From: Octopus sinensis
Taxonomy: Eukaryota
Direction of reading: 5' to 3'
Length of the DNA stretch: 64,000 nt
Assembly (NCBI RefSeq): GCF_006345805.1
Contig: NC_043002.1
Coordinates: 88,784,001 to 88,848,000, forward strand
In this document: positions 1-10,048 of the stretch, piece after piece
Position numbering within the stretch: the first letter of the stretch is position 1
Layout of the letters: every line of letters starts with the position of its first letter
Program-made: the position numbers and the translations under genes
The notes under the pieces: model-generated
Databases searched by the model: none
Seen by the model: the letters and a program-made list of their open reading frames with translations, nothing else
What the model was told of the DNA's origin: nothing

Positions 1-239
1 CTTTATGTGAAATTGGGTCTCTATCACTTGAGTTAATGCATGAAAAATTTCTTTTTACTAAATACGAATAGCTGAAATTACAATGCATTTAATGTTTGTG
101 CATTTTTTATGCCATCAAATACAATGCTTCATGCTTATCAAAAACTGACATGAAAAGAATGAAATATGTTCAAGTTAATCTTGAAATTTCAATGAATTAA
201 AGATTATTGAATTTCAAATTGCAGTATATTTTTTGTTGG

Positions 240-385
240 TGGTTTGGCAGAATTATTAGAGCATCAAACAAAACACTTTACAGTATTTGTTCTAGCTGTA
301 TATATTCTGAGTTCAAATCATGCTGAAATCAACTTTACCCTTTGTCACCCTTGGATTCATAAAGTACCAATCAAATATTAGAGTC
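240..385 (+). mobile_element. Diverged SINE family C copy
   Basis: tggcagaattattag...ttctgagttcaaat...aactttaccctttgtc...ataaagtacc matches the better-preserved family C copies (e.g. 45384-45621). Confidence 0.5.
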
Positions 386-793
386 ATTGTATTCACAACA
401 TATTCCTTATCAGCTACATTAGTCTGTGGTTAATTCAATTCATTAATTTTCACTTTAAAACACAAATTGCTGCCATTGAATATTTCAAAGTTTCTTGAAA
501 TTCACAGCCCTGATTCGTTACAGCACAGACTTCAACAAGACAGGTTGGAAGTCTCTATCATGGTAATGCATGTGGAAGAAGCTGAGGATATCTTTGCTAG
601 TCCAGAAACTGGTTCACATGAGTCCAAATACTTGAATGTATGCTGAGAGATTGTCTTAGCCCGTTTTCCTTCAGATGGTTGATTTCTGTTGTTATCATCA
701 GTGTATTTTGGAGATTTAAATAAGAGTTTTGACTGTTATTTCCAGCAGGTAGACATACTTAGTATGTCCTTTGATTAATTTTAATCTTTCAAC

Positions 794-836
<43 letters not shown>

Positions 837-967
837 CATGCTTCTTACAGCAGAAAGAGTTTTGAAGTCTTATTTCTTGTAATATAAGTGCTTTGGCACC
901 CTCAGTCACAATTAGTGATGATAACATTTTTCCTATATATGTATACATATATATATATATTAATTTA

Positions 968-1450
968 AAAATAAGCAACAAGGATATCCAGAGGTAATGC
1001 AGTACGATCGTTTCATGTGACTCCATTTAATTGAAGAATGCAAATATTATATCAATTTAATATGTAGAGCAATCTTCAGCTGCATAAAAATATAGAATTT
1101 AGTTAAATTCGAAGGACTCATTTGTATAATTTTACCCAAAATCTCCAAGAGAATAAAGAGATAGACAAAGAACATGTTTTACCAACAACATTACAGTTGT
1201 AACTGAGATCTTTTCAAAAAAGACACTGCTTATCACTGATTATTTCTGTTATTTAGATTTATTTATGGTGGGGGCGGGGAGGGTTCAGTTATACAAATGA
1301 GTCCTTCGAATTTAACTAAATTCTATATTTTTATGCAGCTGAAGGTTGCTCTACATTTTAAATTGATGTAATGTTTGCATTATTCAATTAAATGGAGTCA
1401 CACGAAATGATCATGCTGCATTACCTCTGGATATCCTTGTTGCTTATTTT
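968..1450. mobile_element. MITE-like fold-back element, ~162-bp inverted arms
   Basis: 968-1129 (aaaataagcaacaaggatatccagagg...tttgtataa) is the reverse complement, with scattered mismatches, of 1289-1450; 159-bp spacer. Confidence 0.85.
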
Positions 1451-1472
1451 GATTATAATCACCTTATTTTAA

Positions 1473-2060
1473 TATAGTGGTCGTATACCGTCAACTCAAT
1501 GTGACAGTCCCGTAAGGGAATTACACCACCGCCATTTAGCCCTAGGAAACATCGACGTCTCCTGTCGACTTTGACACATTTTCTGTGTCCTTATATTTGC
1601 AAAGGGGAGGCAATCACCCCCGCCAGCTGGGACTAGCACCTGAAGACATATGTTTCTGAGTGTATTGCTCATGGTCAGTTCAGGGTAGCCTGTCTCGCTC
1701 GCTGAGATGACCGCAACCTCTCTGCAAACATATCATATTATCAGTAAAATTTATTTACTGATCACGGAAATTAGAAATATTGAATTTCTAAATGTCGCAG
1801 AGAGACATAAGCGGTGGTGAAGCGATATAGTGGTCATATACTGTCAACTCAATGTGACAGTCCCGTGAGGGAATTACACCACCGCCGACACAGAAAATGC
1901 GTCACAGCCGACAGGAGACGTCAATGTTTTCTAGGGCTAAATGGCAGTGGTGTAATTCCCTCACGGGACTGTCACATTGAGTTGACAGTATATGACCACT
2001 ATATCGCTTCACCACCACTTATGTCTCTCTGCGACATTTAGAAATTCAATATTTCTAATT
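1473..2060. repeat. Complex nested inverted-repeat element (A-B-C-D-A-B'-A'-D')
   Basis: 1769-1886 inverted against 1943-2060; ~1473-1590 inverted against ~1887-2003; accttattttaa direct repeat at 1461-1472 and 2061-2072. Confidence 0.8.
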
Positions 2061-2174
2061 ACCTTATTTTAAATTATATGGATAATACCATACTAAATTT
2101 TGGTGCCTTCAACTTTAGTACCATATTCATCTGAATCTACATATATATATATTATATATATATATATATGTATA

Positions 2175-3660
2175 ATCCGAACGTGTCCGTAGCCAGTACC
2201 GCATCGACTGGCCTCCGTGCTGTGGGCACAACACACACCATCCGATCGTGGCCGTTCGCCAGCCTCATCTGGCACCTGTGTCGGTGGCACATAAAAACAC
2301 CATCCGAAGACCCGGCGACGTAGTCAGTCCACCTATGCATACCTTCCTACTTATGACACTTGTGAAGACCTGTTGAGGCAAGTGTGTGACACCTACTTAT
2401 GACACTTGTTGAAGACCTGTTGAGGCAAGTGTGTGACAATTGTGTAGACCTGTTGAGGCAAGTGAAAATCAAATCAAATCAATCAAACCAAATCAAAATA
2501 GATGAACATCAATGGAATTTGTATCTTTGTGGTACCAGTACCGTTGGCACAACAAGAAAACCATCCGAACGTGGCCGTAGCCAGTACCGCATCGACTGGC
2601 GTCTGTGACGTGGGCACATAACAAACACCATCCGATCGTGGCCGTTCGCCAGCCTCATCTGGCACCTGTGTCGGTGGCACATAAAAACACCAACCGAAGA
2701 CCCGGCAAGACTAGTCAGGCCATAACCCGTGGCCCCTACTTGGGACGTAGTCAGTCCCCTGTGCATACCTTCCTTCCTTCCTGTGGACACTTGTGAAGAC
2801 CTGTGAAGACTGTTGAGGCAAGTGAAAATCAAAATCAAATCAAATCAAATCAAAATGGATGAACATCAATGGAATTTGTATCTTTGTGGTACCAGTGCCG
2901 GTGGCACACAAGAAAACCATCCGAACGTGGCCGTAGCCAGTACCGCATTGACTGGCCTCCGTGCTGTGGGCACGTAACAAACACCATCCGAGCGTGGCCG
3001 TTCGCCAGCCTCATCTGGCACCTGTGTCGGTTGGCACATAAAAACACCATCCGAAGACCCGGCAAGACTAGTCAGGCCAACCCGTGGCCCCTACCTGGGA
3101 CGTAGTCAGTCCACCTGTGCATACCTTCCTTCTTGTGACACTTGTGAAGACCTGTGAGGCAAGTGAAAATCAAATCAAATCAAAACAAATCAAAATAGAT
3201 GAACATCAATGGAATTGTATCTTTGTGGCACACAAGAAAATCATCCGAACGTGGCCGTAGCCAGTACCGCATAGACTGGCCTCCGTGCTTGGGGACGTAA
3301 CAAACACCATCCGATCGTGGCCGTCCGCCAGCCTCATCTGGCACCTGTGTCGGTGGCACATAAAAACCACCATCCGAGCGTGGCCGTCTGCCAGCCTCGT
3401 CTGGCACCTGTGTCGGTGGCACATAAAAACACCATCCGAGCATGGCCGTTCGCCAGCCTCGTTGGCACCTGTGTCGGTGGCACATAAAATCACCCACTAC
3501 ACTCTCGGAGTGGTTGGCGTTAGGAAGGGCATCCAGCTGTAGAACACTGCCAGATCTGACTGGCCTGGTGGCAGCTTCGGGCTCCCCAGACCCCAGTTGA
3601 ACCATCCAACCATGCTAGCATGGAAAACGGACGTTAAATGATGATGATGATGATGATGAT
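2175..3660 (+). mobile_element. 5'-truncated RTE LINE 3' end with tandemly amplified 3' region and (GAT)n tail
   Basis: ~350-bp higher-order unit (gatgaacatcaatggaatt at ~2501, 2858, 3198) containing gaagacccggcaagactagtcagg, matching the last codons and stop of the LINE ORF at 10049; ends ggagtggttggcgttaggaagggcatcc...ggacgttaaatgatgatgat; (TA)n on both sides. Confidence 0.85.
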
Positions 3661-3680
3661 GTATATGTATATGTAATATA

Positions 3681-3739
<59 letters not shown>

Positions 3740-4016
3740 CATACAGACCGGGTGTTGTGAGTGTTTATTGAGCGAAAAACACCTAAAAGCTCCATTAGGC
3801 TCTGGCAGGGGGTGGTGATCCCTGCTGTACTCTTTCACCACTCTTTCTCTCACTTTTTCTTCTGTTAGCCTGCTCGCTTAGCCAGCGGGGTGGCATCATT
3901 CGAAGGCTAAACAATGCGAACGCATTGTGACCAGTGATGTGTAACGTCTGATGTCTGGTCGGTCACGTGATCACATGATATGTATATATGTATATATATA
4001 TGTATATATATATATG

Positions 4017-4097
<81 letters not shown>

Positions 4098-4190
4098 GTA
4101 TCGTGCTCCCCGTCCACCCGTGCTAGCACGGAAAACAGACGTTGGTGATGATGATGATGTATATATGTATATATATATATATATATCAAT
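3661..4190. repeat. (TA)n microsatellite tracts and a fragment of the GAT-tailed module
   Basis: long TA runs at 3661-3735 and 3975-4100; cccgtgctagcacggaaaacagacgttggtgatgatg at ~4118-4160. Confidence 0.9.
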
Positions 4191-4344
4191 TACAAAGTAA
4201 TGTAATGTGTCTGTGAAACTGCATATCATAGCTTGGACTGGCAAACCAAAAGTAAAATATTTGTACACAATACATACTTTAAATGAATAATAAAAAACAC
4301 TTCAATTTTATTTTATCGTATAATCTGTACATTGAGTGGTGGAG

Positions 4345-4905
4345 CGACAGAATTGCTAAGCATCAGACAAAATGCCTTACATTATTTGTTCTGGTTTCAT
4401 TAGCAAACAGGACAAAATGCTTAGCAGCACTTTGTCAAGTTTACCTTATGAGTTCAAATGCTGCAGAGATAGAATTTGCCTTTCATCCTTTCATTGTGTT
4501 TAAGATAAGTACCAGTTGAACACTGGGGTTGATGTAACTGACTTAACCCAAACCCCTAATGTTGTTGGCCTTGTTCCAAAATTTGAAATCATTATCTGTT
4601 CTGGCTTTTTATGTTCTGAGTTCAAATCTTTCAAGGTCAGCTTTGCCTTTCATCCTTTTGGGGTTGATAAAATAAGTACTAGTTGAACACTGGGGCCAAT
4701 GTAATTGACACACTCAAACCCCTAAAATTGCTGGCCTTGTGCCAAAATGTGAAATCCTTATCTGTTCTGAGTTCAAATCTTACCGAAGTCAACTTTGTCT
4801 TTCATCACTCCTGGGGCAATGAAACAAAGCATCAGTCAACTACAAGGGTTCATGGCTTCAACAAATTCGGTCCCCTGAAAACTGATGACCTTGCTCCTAA
4901 ATTAG
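4345..4905 (+). mobile_element. Three tandem diverged SINE family C copies
   Basis: repeated ttctgagttcaaat...tttgcctttcatcctt...taagtaccagttgaacactgggg motif at ~4450, ~4615, ~4768. Confidence 0.65.
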
Positions 4906-4924
4906 AAACAGTTTTCTTCTTCTT

Positions 4925-5305
4925 CTTACCGCATTCTGCATCTCTCACAAACGCTGACCAGGCCTGGCAATTTGAGGCTAACGACCACATGATCTCCAAC
5001 CACTCCTTATTCCAGCAGCGAACGCCGTAGATATGGGGCCTAGGTTGGGTTCCAGATCAGCCTTGACTGTCATCAGCCAGGATTTTCATTGTCCACCACA
5101 TCACTTTCGCCAACCCTGAAAGTGAGCTGGGGCAATTGCTTCGTAGATGAATTCTCCTGGTTGACGACGGAGGGCATGACCCAGCCAACGCAGATGTCTT
5201 ATTAGGATGACTTGTCGGAGGGAGGTGATTCTACACTGGTGTCGCACCAAATTGTTGGAGACAAAGTAATGCCATTGGACACGAAGGATGCGGTGTATAT
5301 TCCTC
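4925..5305 (-). pseudogene. RTE-clade LINE ORF2 C-terminal fragment
   Basis: minus-strand translation RNIHRILRVQWHYFVSN...IRHLRWLGHALRR...RGGQ*KSWLMTVKADLE, the LRW.GH..R motif of RTE ORF2. Confidence 0.8.
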
Positions 5306-5599
5306 ATCATTACAGAAACAGTTATATATTCTATATATTCATAAAGTAGCCACAATACTAAAACAGCAACAAGGTCAAAGGACAGGAGTCCTTGTACATG
5401 GAAGGAAAGGGAGTGTCCATTGGCCATTGGTAGTGGTGTTGGGAAAGAGTTGCAGTCAACCAATTGGCAGAATGGTCTTCTTTTGGTTGAGAATTAATAT
5501 GTAAACATGTGTGTGTGTCTATATTCATGAGTATAAACATGTGCTTGTATGTATGCATCTGTATGCATGCAACAGAGAGAGGGGGAAGGGTAAATGCTT

Positions 5600-5637
5600 G
5601 TGTGTGTAGGTGTACACAACACATGCACATACACACA

Positions 5638-5671
<34 letters not shown>

Positions 5672-6372
5672 TGCACACCATCTCTAACCATACCCTCCAA
5701 CCTCCAACATCACTCTCTTCTCATTTCCCTCTCCTTCTCTATCTCACTTTTAAAAACACATACTCATGCACTCAAACATTCTCTTCCTCTTTCTCTCTCT
5801 CTCTCTAAGTGTATAAATATATACATGGGGTGGGGTGCTGGTGTGTGTGTGTATGTATATATATATATAGCAAGAGAGAGAGAGAGGGGGGGAAAGAAAG
5901 AGAAAGAGATAGATAGATAGATAGATAGATAGTAGATAGATAGATAGACAGACAGATAATATATTTATATATGCACATTCTCTTTTCCCCACTTTCCTCC
6001 TTCTATCACACTCACTCTTACCACCCTCTCTCACCACTCCCACTCCCTCCTACTCATTCCCCCTCCCACTCCCTCCCCTCCTTCACATTCCTGCCCCTTC
6101 CTTCCCCCTCCTTCCCACTCCCTCCCACTCCTTCCCCCTCCTTCCCACTCCCTCCCACTCCTTCCCCCTCCTTGCCTCTCCCTTCATTAACTCACTCAAA
6201 CTTATACACACACACACACACACACACACATACAAGCACACACGAACAGTTTTTGTTTTTAAACTTGATACTCCAAGTTGGTATACCTAGAATCCATACC
6301 AACCACCAGACGATGAAAATACTATGCTTGTTTTTTGTTTTTTATCTCTCTCTCTCTCTCCCTCTCACTCAC

Positions 6373-6439
<67 letters not shown>

Positions 6440-6723
6440 GAATCTTCCTTTTCTTTATCGTCCTGACATAGTACTTTACATTACAACTGATTCGCAGACA
6501 TAACTAACTTATCTCAAAACTCCAAAGACAAGACTCATCAATCTAAAGTTAGCAAGTTATCAATTTGAACTTCTGTCTTTAAAAGATTATATTCTTGGTG
6601 TACTCCAAGAGATGTTTACAAAGTATTCTTCAGTCTTCGGACCATTTTTATTTAAGATATGCTTATATATATCTGAATGAAACAGTTCTAGTCCTGTAGA
6701 AGCTCCTTCTATAAAAAAAATAT

Positions 6724-6761
<38 letters not shown>

Positions 6762-6773
6762 GATAGATAGACA

Positions 6774-6815
<42 letters not shown>

Positions 6816-6936
6816 GATGATAGATAGATAGATAGATAGATATAGATATATATACATATATGTATATATGTGTATATATATATGTGTACATATACATATG
6901 TATATATATATAGATATGTGTGTCTATGTATATATA

Positions 6937-6974
<38 letters not shown>

Positions 6975-7115
6975 TATATTACATATATATAGATATAGAT
7001 TTAACCCATTCAGATAAACATATCTGCATGCACATACCCAGACATGCATACACATATACACAAATACATGTACAAACATGCTCACACACACACACACACA
7101 CATGCACATACACAT

Positions 7116-7145
<30 letters not shown>
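5600..7145. repeat. Compound microsatellite field (CA, GA, GATA, GACA, TA, C-rich minisatellite)
   Basis: directly visible simple repeats; source of the spurious ORFs in this interval. Confidence 0.9.
6595..6680 (+). pseudogene. Possible LINE RT domain-4 relic
   Basis: GVLQ...SVFGPFLFKI resembles GVPQGSVLGPLLF; very short and degenerate. Confidence 0.3.
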
Positions 7146-7151
<6 letters not shown>

Positions 7152-7432
7152 CACAAACTGCTTATGTTTTGTCTTATCTATGGCGATGTATGTTACAGAG
7201 TGCTGATTAAGAATGCCAAATACTCATGAGCTGAGTACTCAAACTTATCCTAATGAAATGTGTGTATGTGTGTATATATGTAAGACTATATATACATGTG
7301 TATATATGTCTGTGTATATGAACATGTATACACATATATACATATGCGTGTGTGTGTGGGTTGGTGGGTGGGTGGGTGGGTGTGTATACATGTATTAATG
7401 TTTATAAATATATGCTTATATATCTACACACA

Positions 7433-7475
<43 letters not shown>

Positions 7476-7639
7476 CATCATCATCATCATCATCATTTAA
7501 CGTCCGCTTTCCATGCTAGCATGGGTTGGACGGTTCAACTGGGGTCTGGGGAGCCCGAAAGCTGCACCAGTCCAGTCAGATCTGGCAGTGTTTCTACAGC
7601 TGGATGCCCTTCCTAACGCCAACCACTCCGAGAGTGTAG

Positions 7640-10048
7640 TGGGTGATTTTATGTGCCAAGGCCACCGACAGCAGGCCCAGACGAGGCTGGCAAACGGCCA
7701 CGCTCGGATGGTGTTTTTTATGTGCCACCGACACAGGTGCCAGACGAGGCTGGCAGACGGCCACGCTCGGATGGTGTTTTTTAGGTGCCACCGACACAGG
7801 TGCCGACGAGGCTGGCAGACGGCCACGCTCGGATGGTGTGTGTTGGATGTTCCACCGCACAGGTGCCAGACGAGGCTGGCAGACGGCCACGCTTCGGATG
7901 GTGTTTTTATGTGCCACCGACACAGGTGCCAGATGAGGCTGGCAAACGGCCACGATCGGATGGTGCTTGTACGGGCCCACAGCACGGAGGCCAGTCGATG
8001 CGGTACTGGCTACGGCCGTTCGGATGGTTTTCTTATGTGCCACGTGCCACCGGCACTGGTACCACAAAGATACAAATTCCATTGATATTCATCTATTTTG
8101 ATTTGTTTTGATTTGATTTTTCACATTGCTCAACAGGTCTTCACAAGTGTCACAAGAAGGAAGAAGTATGCACAGGTGGACTGACTACGTCCCAGGTAGG
8201 GGCCATGGGTTATGGCCTGACTAGTCTTGCCGGGTCTTCGGATGGTGTTTTTATGTGCCACCGACACAGTGCTAGATGAGGCTGGCGAACGGCCACGATC
8301 GGATGGTGTTTGTCATGTGCCCACGCACTGACTACAACACTGATGGATTCTTGTGTGCCACAGGCACTGGTACCACAAATACAAATTCCATTGATGTTCA
8401 TCTATTTTGTCTATTTTGATTTGATTTGATTTGATTTGATTTGATTTTCACTTGCCTCAACCGGTCTTCACAAGTGTCACAAGAAGGAAGGTATGCACAG
8501 GTGGACTGACTAGTCTTGCCGGGTCTTCGGAAGGTGTTTTTATGTGCCACCGACACAGGTGCCAGATGAGGCTGGCGAACGCCATGATCGGATGGTGTTT
8601 GTTTACGTACCCACAGCACGGAGGCCGGTCGATGCGGAACTGGCTACGGCCACGTTCGGATGGTTCTCTTGTGTGCCACCGGCACTGGTACCACAAGTGT
8701 GTGCCACCGGCACTGGTACCACAAAGATACAAATTCCATTGATGTTCATCTATTTTGATTTGTTTTGATTTGATTTTCACTTGCCTCAACAGGTCTTCAC
8801 AAGTGTCACAAGAGGAAGGTATGCACAGGTGGACTGACTACGTCCCAGGTAGGGGCCATGGGTTATGGCCTGACTAGTCTTGCCGGGTCTTCGGATGGTG
8901 TTTTTATGTGCCACCGACACAGGTGCTAGATGAGGCTGGCGAACGGCCACGATCGATGGTGTTTGTCATGTGCCCACAGCACGGAGGCCAGTCGATGCGG
9001 TACTGGCTACAGCCACTTTCGGATGGTTTTCTCTTGTGTGCCACCGGCACTGGTACCACAAAGATACAAATTCCATTGATGTTCATCTATTTTGATTTGT
9101 TTTGATTTGATTTGATTTGATTTTCACTTGCCTCAACAGGCCTTCACAAGTATCACAGGAGGAGGTATGCACAGGTGGACTGACACGTCCCAGGTAGGGG
9201 CCATGGTTATGGCTTGACTAGTCTTGCCGGGTCTTCGGATGGTGTTTTTATGTGCCACCGACCAGGTGCTAGATAGGCTGGCGAACGGCCACGACCGGAT
9301 GGTGTTTGTTATGTGCCCCAGCACGATGGCCAGTGATGCTGTACTGACTACGGCCATGTTCGGATGGATTCTTGTGTGCCACCGGCACTGGTACCACAAG
9401 CGGTACTGACTACTTTTTTATGTGCCACCGACACAGGTGCTAGATGAGGCTGGCGAACGGCCACGACCGGATGGTGTTTTTGTTATGTGCCCACAGCACG
9501 ATGGCCAGTGATGCGATACTACGGCCACGTTCGGATGGATTCTTGTGTGCCACCGGCACTGGTACCACAAGCGGTACTGACTACGGCCACGTTCGGATGG
9601 ATTCTTGTGTGCCACCGGCACTGGTACCACAAAGATACAAATTCCATTGATGTTCATCTATTTTGATTTGTTTTGATTTTCACTTCCTCAACAGGTCTTC
9701 ACAAGTGTCACAAGAAGAAGGTATGTACAGTGGACTGACTACGTCCCAGGTAGGGCCCACAGGGTTATGACCTGACTAGTCTTGTTGGGTCTTCGGATGG
9801 GTGTTTTATGTGCCACCATGTTCCCACAGCACGGAGGCCAGTCGATGCGGTACTGGCTACGGCCACGTTCGGATGGTTTTCTTGTGTGCCACAGGCACTG
9901 GTACCACAAAGATACAAATTCCATTGATGTTCATCTATTTTGATTGATTTTCACTTGCCTCAGCAGGTCTTCACAAGTGTCACAAGAAGGAAGGTATGCA
10001 CAGGTGGATCGACTACGTCCCAGGTAGGGGCCACGGGATATGGCCTGA
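7640..10048 (-). repeat. Higher-order tandem array of the LINE 3' end with short GTGGCAC-ACCATCCGA subrepeats
   Basis: aaattccattgatgttcatc-type motif at ~8074, 8383, 8731, 9068, 9639, 9916; ctagtcttg(c)cgggtcttcgg-type motif at ~8221, 8510, 8874, 9218, 9776. Confidence 0.9.

Noticed and set aside
525-745. ~70-codon minus-strand open frame as a host exon
   Set aside because: No recognisable domain, weak acceptor, no convincing donor.
3951-7400. Many YIYI/HTHT/LSLS/poly-N or poly-I ORFs here and throughout the window
   Set aside because: Direct translations of microsatellites.
2175-10048. CRISPR-like appearance of the repeat arrays (also 54942-55760)
   Set aside because: The units are contiguous tandem repeats with no unique spacers, the context is eukaryotic, and there are no cas genes.
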